A stretch of DNA of 64,000 bases from a virus (taxonomy: Duplodnaviria > Caudoviricetes): the IMG/VR virus record IMGVR_UViG_3300001199_000006, positions 12,561 through 76,560 of that record. One strand, 5' to 3'. The notes under the pieces were generated by a model, which did no database searches, was not told the origin of the DNA, and worked only from the letters and a program-made list of their open reading frames with translations. This document shows positions 8,484-17,637 of this stretch, piece after piece (the first letter of the stretch is position 1; every line of letters starts with the position of its first letter). Made by a program: the position numbers and the translations under genes.

Positions 8484-9742
8484 TTCGCCACCTCCGCGAC
8501 CCGCGTCACCACGGTCGTCTTGAGGCCCTTGAACTCTTCGTGCTTCTTGACCGTCGCCTTGACCCGGCGCTCTTCGCCGATCTGCCACGCGCCCGGACCG
8601 TACGTGGGATCGTTCGACGCCCACCACACCAGCGTCGCGCCTTCGAGGTCGAACTCGCAGCGGTGCGTCGTACCGTAGTAGCCCTCGATCGCCCGGTGCG
8701 CGACCAGCTTGAGCGTCAGGATATCGCGCTTGCCAACCTCCCCGACGAACCGCGAGGACTTCGCCTTGCGCTCGCGCTCGCGCAGCCGCTCTTGCTCGCG
8801 GCGGTACGAGGCGATCAGGCTCACGGTGAGGCCGAGCTTGTCGTACCCGACCACTTCGCGGCTCGCGATCACCTTGAGGTTGAGCGGGTAGTCCTCGACG
8901 CCCTCGTACGCCCGCGCCCACTCGATCGCAGCGCGCGCTTCCGTCGCGAGCGCTTCGGTGAACCGCGTGCGGATCCGCGTACGCTCCTCGATCTCGCTGG
9001 GTTGGGGACGAGACGGCGGGAAGAGGAAGCGCACGACCTGATCGGCCGTGGCCCCGGTGCCCTCTGCGTTCGCACGCGCCCGACTCGTCCAGCCGTACTC
9101 GTCGATGAAGGCCCCGGCGATCGTCACGATCTCGACCACGTCGATCGTCACGCGACCGCGCTGGAACCCCTCGTAGCCGAAGTCCTCTTCGTCCATCGAG
9201 AGCCCGCCGAGCGGGTCCCCGAGGAAGGTGACGAGCGCGAGCAGCGCTTCGGGCGAGAAGGCGCTGACCCCGAGGAAGTCGGCCAGGCAGTTCCGACCGA
9301 CCTGCTGCACGCGGCCGTCCTCGGCCACCACGACGAACGTGTCCTTGCGCCCGCGCGCCGTGTGGCAGTGATCGCAGATCGTCCCGCGCTCGCGCTGCCC
9401 GGCGGGCAACTCGTGCCCCGGCACGTTCTTGACGATCGGCAGGCCCTCCGCGTGGTTCACCACGGCGACCAGGGTCCAGCCGCCCGGGAGCACCGGGATC
9501 GAGCCCTCGATCTCGACCTGCACGAACCGCGCCTTGGTCTCGATGACGCGCGGCGGAGTCGTGTCGAAGACCTGCCGACGATGCACGACCCGATCTTCCT
9601 CCGCCCCTCGGCGGTAGACGATCGGGTTCACGCCCAGCTTGCGGGCCTGCTTGTTCACGCGATCCAGTCGCTCGACCAGATCGGGCAGGCGGCTCTCCGG
9701 AGCCCAGCCCTGCACCTTGATGACTTGGTGGGTCACGCTCAT
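8480..9742 (-). CDS. Conserved phage protein with Zn site and C-terminal OB-like domain
   Basis: CDHCHTARGRKDTFVV...QVGRNCLADFLG; C-terminal FVGEVGKR...VWWAS...VKATVKKHEEFKG..TTVVTRV. Confidence 0.8.
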   Translation of the reverse strand: MSVTHQVIKVQGWAPESRLPDLVERLDRVNKQARKLGVNPIVYRRGAEEDRVVHRRQVFDTTPPRVIETKARFVQVEIEGSIPVLPGGWTLVAVVNHAEGLPIVKNVPGHELPAGQRERGTICDHCHTARGRKDTFVVVAEDGRVQQVGRNCLADFLGVSAFSPEALLALVTFLGDPLGGLSMDEEDFGYEGFQRGRVTIDVVEIVTIAGAFIDEYGWTSRARANAEGTGATADQVVRFLFPPSRPQPSEIEERTRIRTRFTEALATEARAAIEWARAYEGVEDYPLNLKVIASREVVGYDKLGLTVSLIASYRREQERLRERERKAKSSRFVGEVGKRDILTLKLVAHRAIEGYYGTTHRCEFDLEGATLVWWASNDPTYGPGAWQIGEERRVKATVKKHEEFKGLKTTVVTRVAEVAK

Positions 9743-9802
9743 GCCCGCCTCTTCGGCAAGCGTACCGCCCGAGCTTGAGCGAATCCGGGTGGAAAGCGTT
9801 TC
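9743..9802 (-). promoter_or_regulatory. Early-gene upstream motif A
   Basis: GAAACGCTTTCC-N11-CTCAAG-N17-CCGAAGAGGCGGGC-ATG; near-identical to motifs at 40.1-40.3 kb. Confidence 0.65.
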
Positions 9803-11064
9803 TAGGGCGGGAAGATCGAGTTGAGCCAGGCCCGATGCAACTCGATCTCGTACTGGATCGAGGGGTCAGTGGAGTCGATCAGGTCCACGAGTTCGAGCGG
9901 ATCTGACACGGTGTCAAAGAACCACTCCTGCACGGACGGGACACTCGTCGGCGTCCCGGTGCGCCGGAACTTGTACCGTGGCGAGACGGCCGCGATGTCG
10001 GCGGGGAGCGGATTGTCTCCGCGCGTCCCGCACACCACGTAGCTGTGGATCTGCTGGGCTTGGCCCAGGGCCAAGGGCATGAGCGACATCGAAGGGCTCG
10101 ACAGCGGAACGGTCCGCCCGTACCGCTCCGCGATCGTCGCGTAGATGTCCACGGCATGCACGAGCGCGGGGCTCGTCTGTCCCGACGGGATACCTGCACC
10201 GGCCACGATCAGCGGCACGTCGATGCCCCGCCAGAACGTCGTGGTCTTGGCGCGCTGCGTGCCCGCGACGTCGCGAGGCGTGCCGTTGTCGCCGATGATG
10301 ATGAGCAAGTCGTCCGGCGTCAGCAGCGGGAGCATCGCCCCGACTTGCGTGTCGAGCGCGACGATCATAGCCTCGTACTTGTCGCGATCGGTCGGCGTGT
10401 CAGGGTAGCCGTTGGGCAGCCACAGTGCGTCGGGCCGGTGGAACGGGTCATGCGCGAGCTGGGCCGAATAGACCGCGAGCTTCGGTCCCGGCGTGCTCGT
10501 CCACCAGTAGTACCAGCGCGTGAACATCACGGTCGGTTGGTACTTGTTCGACGTGCTCTGCACGCCGTCCTCGACTCGCACCCAATCCCAATACGAAGTC
10601 CCGCCGCAGGTCGTGACGTTCCCGCCCGGGATCACGCCGCGATAGACCGAGTACCCGTGCTCACCGGGCGCGCGCTGCCAGTCGTTCAAGCTGTTGGGGT
10701 TCGCGCCCTCGTGCCACTTGCCGAAGAAGCCCGGTGACACGCCGACCGGCGACACCAGATCGGCGAGCGAGATGAGCGACGACGGCGGTGTGCGGTTCGT
10801 CGGGATGTAACAGACCTTGTCGGTCGGAGCGACGCGCCATCCGCCGAAGTCGATCGCGTACCGCGTCGGCATGCACGTCGGCGACGCCTTTGCGTTGGTG
10901 AACTTGATCCCGTAGTCCGCGACCCTCTTGATGTTCGGGCAGCGCCCATCCGCCATCAGCTCTTCGAGGTCGATCTCACCGACGTCGTCGAGGATGAACA
11001 CGATCGTGTCTTGCGCGCGCAACGTCGGCGCGAGCAACAACAGCAAGGTCAGCAGCATCTTCAT
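9802..11064 (-). CDS. Secreted Cys-type (formylglycine-dependent) sulfatase
   Basis: Signal peptide; IVFILDDVG, CMPTR (CxPxR), GKWH, HDPFH, GDNG, K.T...GIDVPLIV. Confidence 0.88.
   Translation of the reverse strand: MKMLLTLLLLLAPTLRAQDTIVFILDDVGEIDLEELMADGRCPNIKRVADYGIKFTNAKASPTCMPTRYAIDFGGWRVAPTDKVCYIPTNRTPPSSLISLADLVSPVGVSPGFFGKWHEGANPNSLNDWQRAPGEHGYSVYRGVIPGGNVTTCGGTSYWDWVRVEDGVQSTSNKYQPTVMFTRWYYWWTSTPGPKLAVYSAQLAHDPFHRPDALWLPNGYPDTPTDRDKYEAMIVALDTQVGAMLPLLTPDDLLIIIGDNGTPRDVAGTQRAKTTTFWRGIDVPLIVAGAGIPSGQTSPALVHAVDIYATIAERYGRTVPLSSPSMSLMPLALGQAQQIHSYVVCGTRGDNPLPADIAAVSPRYKFRRTGTPTSVPSVQEWFFDTVSDPLELVDLIDSTDPSIQYEIELHRAWLNSIFPP
9904..9916. repeat. Dispersed palindrome copy 2
   Basis: TGACACGGTGTCA inside the sulfatase CDS (FDTVSD). 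Confidence 0.9.
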
Positions 11065-11067
11065 GGG

Positions 11068-11445
11068 TCAAGCCTTTCGTTTGGGTCTCCTCTTTGATTC
11101 CAGCTCGGCGTGGAGGTCAACCCACCCGTCGAGATCGTCCGGAACCGGTGCAGACAAATCCATCGCGTCGGGGTTCAGAGTCCCGAGTCGCATGCAGATC
11201 CGCGCGTGCTGATTGTAGTCCAGAATGTCGGACTTGAGCATCACGATGACCGCGCCAGCGCACCAGCGAGCCCGTTGACCGACGACGGGCTCACCGTCAC
11301 CGGCGTAGTCCACGGTCTCGTGGCAAGGGAACATCGCCCCGCGCTCCAGTGACTCCGCGATCTCCTGGACTCGCGCGTGCCGCAGGTAGGGTGTGATGTC
11401 GGTACGGAACGGGCAACGCGCGCACGGACGTTTCGGCTTGGTCAT
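11068..11445 (-). CDS. Cys-rich phage protein (PCxxCPF...FxCH...CAG; DUF6283-like)
   Basis: PCARCPFRTD, FPCHET, WCAGA. Confidence 0.65.
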   Translation of the reverse strand: MTKPKRPCARCPFRTDITPYLRHARVQEIAESLERGAMFPCHETVDYAGDGEPVVGQRARWCAGAVIVMLKSDILDYNQHARICMRLGTLNPDAMDLSAPVPDDLDGWVDLHAELESKRRPKRKA

Positions 11446-11451
11446 AGAAGC

Positions 11452-11700
11452 TCACGCCTTCCTTTTCGCTTTCACTTTCGCCTTGGCCTCGACCGCGCGT
11501 TCAGGGTTCACCGCCGTCACGCCCTTGCCTACGCGATCAACGCGCCAGTACCACCCGGGCAGCTCGAACACAACCGCGCGGATCTTGCGCATGTGCGCGT
11601 CGCCGCACGCGTCGGCCCACCACAAGTCACGCTTGCGCCTGATCTCGCGATGGATCAGCGACAGCTTCGCGGGTGCGCGGCAGATCAGGCACTCGGACAC
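11452..11700 (-). CDS. Hypothetical protein (CxxC)
   Basis: 82-aa ORF in the coupled array. Confidence 0.55.
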   Translation of the reverse strand: MSECLICRAPAKLSLIHREIRRKRDLWWADACGDAHMRKIRAVVFELPGWYWRVDRVGKGVTAVNPERAVEAKAKVKAKRKA

Positions 11701-11894
11701 GGCGGCATCTCCACGTTCCAGCGTTTCGCGAAGCGGCGCGCGCCGCGCTCGTCAGTGTCGTAGGTGTACCGCGTCGGCCACCGCAAGCGACTCCCCTTGA
11801 TGTACCGATCGACCGTCCAGGACAAGCGGTAGTGCTGGGACGAGAACCGCTGAATGCGATGGCTGGTCGAGCGTTGCGGACGGTAGCGACTCAC
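11685..11894 (-). CDS. Hypothetical basic protein
   Basis: 69-aa ORF, GTGA coupling. Confidence 0.6.
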   Translation of the reverse strand: MSRYRPQRSTSHRIQRFSSQHYRLSWTVDRYIKGSRLRWPTRYTYDTDERGARRFAKRWNVEMPPCPSA

Positions 11895-12259
11895 GGTTTC
11901 CCCTCGGCGGCGAGCTGCTGCCTGATCCGCTCCAAGTGCTCCGACGCTTGCTGCATCGACGCCTTTGCGCGGTCTAGCCGTGCCGTCCAGAACTCCGTGC
12001 TCGCGTGCAGCGCCTCGATCAGCGTGTCATATCCATTCGAGGGAGGCGTCGGATCCGAGCGGCGCGCGTGGAACCGTTCGCCGCATTCGCCGTACGGGCT
12101 GCCGCCCACGTACTCCCCGAAGACCTGCCACTCACGCACAAAGTCCGCACCCTCAGATTTCGGGTACAGCCTGCTCCAGGGGGTGAACTCGTGCCACACG
12201 TAGCGGGTCTTGACGACAAGGCCGTCGCGGACGAGAAACCGAACAACTTCGTTGGTCAT
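11891..12259 (-). CDS. Hypothetical protein
   Basis: 122-aa ORF with C-terminal coiled coil; ATGA coupling. Confidence 0.65.
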   Translation of the reverse strand: MTNEVVRFLVRDGLVVKTRYVWHEFTPWSRLYPKSEGADFVREWQVFGEYVGGSPYGECGERFHARRSDPTPPSNGYDTLIEALHASTEFWTARLDRAKASMQQASEHLERIRQQLAAEGKP

Positions 12260-12633
12260 GCTGTCGGGTCCTCCAGTTCAGGCGGGATCTGGATCCCGAG
12301 CAGCTTGGCGACCTTGACGTAGACCTCGTCGTCCATGTTCCAGAGATTCATCCGCGACGACAGCTCGCCCCGCGTCTCGTACCGGAACACGTCCAGATCG
12401 ACTTCACGCTGCGTGAACGCCCAGTCGCGATGCGGCCCCGTCTTCGGGACCTTGGCCGGGTGTCTGTCGTGCGCGTGCGCCGCGACGATCCAACTCCGTG
12501 AGGTCTCCCCCGTGATCGTGCGCGGTACCCACTGTGCTTTGCGAATCAGCACGCCACCGAACGGCTTGCCCGGCACCTTCGTGTAGACGCGGCGGTTCGC
12601 GTCGAACTGCCAGATCGTGTCCCCGACCTTCAC
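12256..12633 (-). CDS. Hypothetical phage protein
   Basis: MKVGDTIWQFDANRRVY...; GTGA coupling. Confidence 0.65.
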   Translation of the reverse strand: MKVGDTIWQFDANRRVYTKVPGKPFGGVLIRKAQWVPRTITGETSRSWIVAAHAHDRHPAKVPKTGPHRDWAFTQREVDLDVFRYETRGELSSRMNLWNMDDEVYVKVAKLLGIQIPPELEDPTA

Positions 12634-12800
12634 CCGGCCCTCCGCTTCCCGTACACGGCCTCGATCTCGGCCATGATGCGCTTCCGCCGCTCTTCGAGCG
12701 TCTCGGCGCGCGTGACGAGTCCCTGACGCCGCGCCGCGTCCTTGAAGCGACGCGCGAGGTCGTGCTCCAGTTCCTTGCGGGTCTTGTAGTAGTGAGTCAT
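12630..12800 (-). CDS. Small hypothetical protein
   Basis: MTHYYKTRKELEHDL...; ATGA coupling. Confidence 0.55.
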   Translation of the reverse strand: MTHYYKTRKELEHDLARRFKDAARRQGLVTRAETLEERRKRIMAEIEAVYGKRRAG

Positions 12801-13417
12801 CGAGCCCTGCTCCTTCGCCCCTTCTTCGTCTCGGGCACGGCCCAACCTTGAGGGAACTCGGGGCATTCCTCACCGGTCGGCCTTGCCGGTGCGGCGGCGA
12901 GAACCGCGTCGGCCAAGTGCTTGTGCATCGTAGCGGGATCGAGCCCTTCGGCGAGGCAGCGACGCGTGTATTCGGCGGCGACGCGCGCCTGCCACGCCAT
13001 CACGGCGTCGGCGCAGCGCTTGAGCCGCGCCGCTTCCTCGATCGTGGCAGGGTGCTCGAAGTGCCGCTTCCAGCAGGCCGGGCAGTTGACCGTGTAGGAC
13101 CCGCCTTGGGGGTCGCTGCGCGAGATCCAGGTGCGGCCGTGCTGGCAGCGCGGGTTCGAGCAGTCGTGGAACCACACGTACGTCTGGCGGTCCCTGCGCC
13201 AGCTCGGGGCGTGAGGCGGGTGTGACCAGACTTCGGCCCCGCTAGCTTCGCGCTTGCCCGTGTCGAACGCCGGGCCACCCTCGCAGCCGTAGCACAGACC
13301 GGTGAAGGTCCCGGCGTACCGCTCCGCCGGGTGCCCGCCGTCGGCGTCGAGCCCCTTGCCGCAGCCGCGACACTTGATCTCGCCGGGCGCGCCGAGCATG
13401 CCGTCGCGGTCCATCAC
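12797..13417 (-). CDS. Multi-zinc-finger hypothetical protein
   Basis: CRGC, CYGC, CSNPRC, CPAC. Confidence 0.65.
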   Translation of the reverse strand: MMDRDGMLGAPGEIKCRGCGKGLDADGGHPAERYAGTFTGLCYGCEGGPAFDTGKREASGAEVWSHPPHAPSWRRDRQTYVWFHDCSNPRCQHGRTWISRSDPQGGSYTVNCPACWKRHFEHPATIEEAARLKRCADAVMAWQARVAAEYTRRCLAEGLDPATMHKHLADAVLAAAPARPTGEECPEFPQGWAVPETKKGRRSRAR

Positions 13418-13623
13418 GCGCCCTCCTTGAGCTTGGCGATCGCGACGGCGACCGCGACCAGCTCACCCGGATATTCGCGCGGGTCGGCCCCGTTCACGAG
13501 TTCCTGCACCCCCGTGCAGACCTCGAAGGTCTCTTCGTCGATGAGTATCTTGCCGCTCTCAACGACGGCGAGTCGCCAGTAGCCCGAGAGCGGGATCTGC
13601 TCCGCACGTACGAACAGCATCAC
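13414..13623 (-). CDS. Small hypothetical protein
   Basis: MLFVRAEQIPLSGYWRLAVV...; coupled at both ends. Confidence 0.55.
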   Translation of the reverse strand: MMLFVRAEQIPLSGYWRLAVVESGKILIDEETFEVCTGVQELVNGADPREYPGELVAVAVAIAKLKEGA

Positions 13624-14207
13624 GCGGGCTCCGCAGGCTGGAAGTTGCCCGTGTCGATCACCTCGCCGAGGTGGCGGGGCTGGATCCGGTACGTCCGTCC
13701 ATCGGGCCCGCGCCCGAGGATCTTCGGCTTGACCGCGACGATCTGCACCTGCGCCGGGCTCACGGCGTTGCGCAGCTTGATCGTCACGCCAGGGCGCAGG
13801 TTGGCCAGCGCGCGCCGTTGCTCCGTCTGCTCCTGGTGCCACTTGCGGACCCCGGCCCTCCACTCCTCGCACGCCGCCGGAGACGCGTCCAGGAAGCGCA
13901 GCGGGCACGAGTACGTGTACGGGTGCATGGACTCGTCCATGTCCTTGTAGCCCTGCCCGCCGCCCTTGGACGAGAGCAGGAAGAGCGCGATGAACCGCTC
14001 CACCTTCACCGTGTCCCCGATCCCGCGCACGATGACCGTGCCGTTCTCGTCCCGATCCTCGAACAGCACCCACAGCGCGCTGCCGCTCCGTGCCTTGTCG
14101 ATCGCGACCCGGGTGATCCGGTGGCCGCCGTGATCGAACTCGCGCGTCGCCGTCAGCTCGGCGATCAGCTCCGCGCGCGTCTGACCCCTCGTGTACGTCC
14201 AACCCAT
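13620..14207 (-). CDS. DUF6927-like protein
   Basis: MGWT...GYKDMDESMHPYTYSCPLRFLD...EWRAGVR. Confidence 0.7.
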   Translation of the reverse strand: MGWTYTRGQTRAELIAELTATREFDHGGHRITRVAIDKARSGSALWVLFEDRDENGTVIVRGIGDTVKVERFIALFLLSSKGGGQGYKDMDESMHPYTYSCPLRFLDASPAACEEWRAGVRKWHQEQTEQRRALANLRPGVTIKLRNAVSPAQVQIVAVKPKILGRGPDGRTYRIQPRHLGEVIDTGNFQPAEPA

Positions 14208-14227
14208 GTCCGTTACCTCCGCGCCCT

Positions 14228-14680
14228 CTATCGGCCGCGCCCCTCGCCCAGCTTGAACGAAAACGGGGGTTCCGGGAACGACGGCAGGTACCCGCTCCCG
14301 GGCGGCGGAGGCCGAGGCGGAGGGGACGGGGCCGACGGATCGAGCACGCCGCGCGTCCAGCCCTTCTCCGGGTGTGGCTCGACCAGCGGTCGTCCGTCCA
14401 GGCGCAGCCACTCGTCCAGCTCGTGTAGCACGCGCTTCATCAGCACCTCGCGGATCCACCAAAGGAACTGGCGCTCGTCCCAATACATCCACTCGAAGCG
14501 CGTGCGAGCTTCGGTGAACGTCACGGGCAGCGGCGGTGCGCTGGACGCGGCCTCGCTGTCCGGCTCCCAGGTGCCGCAGCGGAAGACGATCGCGTCGGAC
14601 GGATCCACGTACAGCTCGAACCACCAGCCAGGGCGGTACGTGATCTTGGCCGCCAAGGCGCGCATCTCGTCGAGCGTCAC
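14228..14680 (-). CDS. Hypothetical protein with Pro-rich tail
   Basis: ITYRPGWWFEL...VLHELDEWLRLDGRPLVEPH; GTGA coupling. Confidence 0.65.
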   Translation of the reverse strand: MTLDEMRALAAKITYRPGWWFELYVDPSDAIVFRCGTWEPDSEAASSAPPLPVTFTEARTRFEWMYWDERQFLWWIREVLMKRVLHELDEWLRLDGRPLVEPHPEKGWTRGVLDPSAPSPPPRPPPPGSGYLPSFPEPPFSFKLGEGRGR

Positions 14681-14919
14681 GATTCCTCCGGAGCCGTGTA
14701 CCGGTCGCACAGGACACACCGACGTGAGTATTCCAGCAGGGCGGCCTCGAACAACGTAGCCATGTCGGGCGCCTGCACGGGCGAGTTCCAGTAGACGTGC
14801 GTCACGGCCTTGAGTGCTGCTTCCCGAGCGCTGACGTTCAACATGACATCGCGCTGTCCCATCGCGTGATGGAACTCGCGCATGGTCTGCCGCAGTTGCT
14901 CGTTGGAGAACGTCGTCAT
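14677..14919 (-). CDS. Hypothetical protein
   Basis: MTTFSNEQLRQ...; ATGA coupling. Confidence 0.55.
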   Translation of the reverse strand: MTTFSNEQLRQTMREFHHAMGQRDVMLNVSAREAALKAVTHVYWNSPVQAPDMATLFEAALLEYSRRCVLCDRYTAPEES

Positions 14920-15146
14920 TTCGGCTTCCTGCGCCGAGGCTTGCGCCGTGCTTCGTCCCGCTCCGTCTTCTCCACGCGCTTCGCTGCGCGCGCCACCACT
15001 CGATTGAACTCGACGCGCCCGTAGAAGACGCCGTATAGCCACAGCAACGTCTCGATCCAGCGCTTGCCGTCATGTCCGCGCTCTTGCGATGAGGTGACGC
15101 GCCCGCTGACGTCGTCGAACACCGCCTTGCCGTAGATCGTTTTCAT
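14916..15146 (-). CDS. Hypothetical protein
   Basis: 76-aa ORF, ATGA coupling. Confidence 0.55.
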   Translation of the reverse strand: MKTIYGKAVFDDVSGRVTSSQERGHDGKRWIETLLWLYGVFYGRVEFNRVVARAAKRVEKTERDEARRKPRRRKPK

Positions 15147-15328
15147 TGCCGACCTTCCTCTCGCGCTTGCGCACGCTCGATCGCGTCCTGCTCCATCGCA
15201 CGGATCAAGCGATCGACGTGCTCGCCAAAGCTACCCACCGCGCGCTCGATCCGTTCGGAGGCATCCTGCATCTCGCGCGAAGCGCGTCGCACGTCCTCGG
15301 CACCGATCAGATGGACGAACTCGGTCAC
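15143..15328 (-). CDS. Small coiled-coil phage protein
   Basis: MTEFVHLIGAEDVRRASREM...; GTGA coupling. Confidence 0.65.
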   Translation of the reverse strand: MTEFVHLIGAEDVRRASREMQDASERIERAVGSFGEHVDRLIRAMEQDAIERAQAREEGRQ

Positions 15329-15456
15329 AGCTCCCCCTTAGCAAGCGCGAGCAGCTCAGCAGCGGCAAAGCACAAGACCTCTTGCGCCTCTTCCATCGAG
15401 AGTTTCTCACGCGCGCGGTACTTCGAGTTGTCGGACTTCTTCTTCGGTGAGGGCAT
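15325..15456 (-). CDS. 43-aa hypothetical protein (not in ORF track)
   Basis: MPSPKKKSDNSKYRAREKLSMEEAQEVLCFAAAELLALAKGEL*; stop overlaps the next start. Confidence 0.45.
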   Translation of the reverse strand: MPSPKKKSDNSKYRAREKLSMEEAQEVLCFAAAELLALAKGEL

Positions 15457-15976
15457 AGCCGTCGGGGAGAGCTGGACCGTACAGGATGAATCGCGACGGC
15501 GACACCACCGTCACGACGTTCGTGTTGACGAGGAACGAGCGTAGCAGCTCGCGAGCGCGTGCGGACTTCGCACCCTCGTCGGAGGCGAAGCGCAGGGCGA
15601 AGACGTACGGGCCGCCACCCGCGAGCTGCGTCAACGCCGGGAAGTCCGTGGCGATCTTCATCTCGACCACGACGCCACTCCGATCCGGGCGGTCCGCGTC
15701 CGCGCCCCAGCCCTGCCGCCACAGGCATAGGAACGCGGCGCACGACGGCGGGCGCGACGCGTAGATCGCGCACCCGGCTTCGCACTGGTTCGAGCAGCGC
15801 TGACGCGCGGGCTTCGCCAGCTCGGGGATCGACATGACCTCGCAGCAGAGCTGACACGGACCGCACGTCCGCTCAGACGCGAGCCGCTTCGCGCGTTGTG
15901 CCGGAGACTCCGGCTGCGCCCGAGCAGTCCGCCGCTTCTCACGCTCACGGCGCTTGCGCTTGTCCGGGTTGCCCAC
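15407..15976 (-). CDS. CxxCxxCC (YkgJ-like) Zn/Fe-chelating protein
   Basis: CGPCQLCC...C...C..CAIYASRPPSCAAFLCLW. Confidence 0.7.
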   Translation of the reverse strand: MGNPDKRKRREREKRRTARAQPESPAQRAKRLASERTCGPCQLCCEVMSIPELAKPARQRCSNQCEAGCAIYASRPPSCAAFLCLWRQGWGADADRPDRSGVVVEMKIATDFPALTQLAGGGPYVFALRFASDEGAKSARARELLRSFLVNTNVVTVVSPSRFILYGPALPDGYALTEEEVRQLEVPRA

Positions 15977-16340
15977 GCTTCTTCCTTCCGGCTTCGTACC
16001 CTCGCGAGTAAGCGAGGGCCTTGGCTCGTTGTAGCTCCGCCTTGAACTCACGCCGCGCGTCCAACAGCTCGCGCATGCGCGCAGCGATCGCGAGTCGCTC
16101 GGCGCGACGCGCACAGATCAGATCCGCTTGCTCGCGCGCACCCGCTTTGAGCAACGCATCAAGCACCTCGACCATCGCCTCGCGCGTCTTCACGTCGTTC
16201 GCGCCGAACATGCGCAAGCGCCAGACGACGTGCTCGGCATGCACACCGATCGGCTCCCAACCGTGGGAGTCGTCGGGCGGCTTGGCCTCGAAGCCGTCCG
16301 CCCCCTTCACGATCGGCGTGGTAGTGGTCTGCCAGCTCAT
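15945..16340 (-). CDS. Hypothetical protein
   Basis: 131-aa ORF in the coupled array. Confidence 0.6.
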   Translation of the reverse strand: MSWQTTTTPIVKGADGFEAKPPDDSHGWEPIGVHAEHVVWRLRMFGANDVKTREAMVEVLDALLKAGAREQADLICARRAERLAIAARMRELLDARREFKAELQRAKALAYSRGYEAGRKKRGQPGQAQAP

Positions 16341-16684
16341 CAGTCGTCGGTCCTCACTCGATAGGACTGTGCCCGGTCCGGCCCGGTGGCGCGGAGGTCA
16401 CGGTCGATGTCGCCTTCGAGGTCGGTCTCGGCTTCCGCTGCGCTCGGAGCCGGGATGGCAACGCGCAGCCGCTTCCGACGATCGGCCCCGTAGTTCGTCC
16501 ACTCCCGAAGCATCTCACTTGCGCGGAAGTCGGGCCCGCAGCTCCACGACATCCCACACGAGCAGCCGACCGCCCAGCTCCGGTTGGGCTTGTCGTACAG
16601 GCGCGGACGGCCGTCGCACACCGGACACGCGTCCAGAATGAACTGGAGCTTCCACAGGAACAGGCGACGTAGTAGTCGTTTCAT
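16340..16684 (-). CDS. Lar (restriction alleviation)-like zinc-finger protein
   Basis: LDACPVCDGRPRL...WAVGCSCG...LREWTNY resembles the L.pCPfCG...V.C..CG...aWN pattern. Confidence 0.45.
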   Translation of the reverse strand: MKRLLRRLFLWKLQFILDACPVCDGRPRLYDKPNRSWAVGCSCGMSWSCGPDFRASEMLREWTNYGADRRKRLRVAIPAPSAAEAETDLEGDIDRDLRATGPDRAQSYRVRTDD

Positions 16685-17049
16685 TCGTCGGCGTCCTCGT
16701 TGTCACTGCACTCAAAGGCTGTGATGGCTTCGGTCAGCTCGGGGTGGATGTTGCGCGTGACCGCGTCCCAAAGCGCGCCGCGTCCCAGCGCCTCGCGCAT
16801 GATCCGACCCGCCACCGCGTAGTTGCGCCACGCGCGCTCCGCATTCCGCTGCGCGTCCATCCGATCCGGGTCGGCCAGCAGATGCACCGTCATGGCGAGG
16901 ACGTCGCTCAGGGCCACGACGAACTGCGCGCGCAGTGCATCTTTCATCGCGGTCAGGGTGCGCTCGGCCACGTTCGCGCGGCTCTCGACACGCGACAGGT
17001 CCGCTGCCAACTCGATGCGGTGTTGCCGCTCAGATTTTTTCTTCGTCAT
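16681..17049 (-). CDS. Hypothetical protein
   Basis: MTKKKSERQ...; ATGA coupling. Confidence 0.6.
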   Translation of the reverse strand: MTKKKSERQHRIELAADLSRVESRANVAERTLTAMKDALRAQFVVALSDVLAMTVHLLADPDRMDAQRNAERAWRNYAVAGRIMREALGRGALWDAVTRNIHPELTEAITAFECSDNEDADE

Positions 17050-17294
17050 AGAGGTTCCCCGTAGCAGTCGGTGTCCGTACGAATCGGCCACTCACGTCTC
17101 GACTTCTCACGCACCGCGCGCTCGCGCACTTCCATCAAGCGGAGCCGCCGCGCTTCTTCGCGCACGTCAGTCTCGAAGCGCTCGCTCGACCATGCCATCT
17201 TCGGGTTCCGATCGCGGATCGAGAGCATGTCCAGCACGAACTGCGCCAGCGCGCCGCGGGCTTGACGCGTGGAGAGAGTCTGTCGTCTCTTCAC
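17046..17294 (-). CDS. Hypothetical protein
   Basis: 82-aa ORF, coupled at both ends. Confidence 0.55.
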   Translation of the reverse strand: MKRRQTLSTRQARGALAQFVLDMLSIRDRNPKMAWSSERFETDVREEARRLRLMEVRERAVREKSRREWPIRTDTDCYGEPL

Positions 17295-17623
17295 TCGTCG
17301 TCCTCGTTGGTGCTACCCACGAAAGCCGGATCCGCCCTGTACGCCACGTACCCGAGCCAGATCAGCTCGTTGATAATGGCCCAGAACTGCGGAGTGATCG
17401 CGAGTCCACTGACCCCGCCTTCGATGTGTCCTTCATTCCGCCAGGTGGAGAGGATCTCGCGCTCCGCTGCATTGATCTTGCACGGCACGATGACCTGGTC
17501 GTTCACCATGACGAACTGGATGTACGGCATCAGCCGCAGCTCCAGTTGGGTGATCTCGCGGCCCAGCAACTTCTTGGCCCGGGTCTTGATCGTCGGCGTG
17601 AGCACACCTCGTCCAGCCTTCAT
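17291..17623 (-). CDS. Conserved hypothetical phage protein
   Basis: ELRLMPYIQFVMVN...INAAEREIL..WR.EGHIEGG.SGL.IT..FW. Confidence 0.7.
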   Translation of the reverse strand: MKAGRGVLTPTIKTRAKKLLGREITQLELRLMPYIQFVMVNDQVIVPCKINAAEREILSTWRNEGHIEGGVSGLAITPQFWAIINELIWLGYVAYRADPAFVGSTNEDDE

Positions 17624-17637
17624 GCTTTCTCCCTTCT

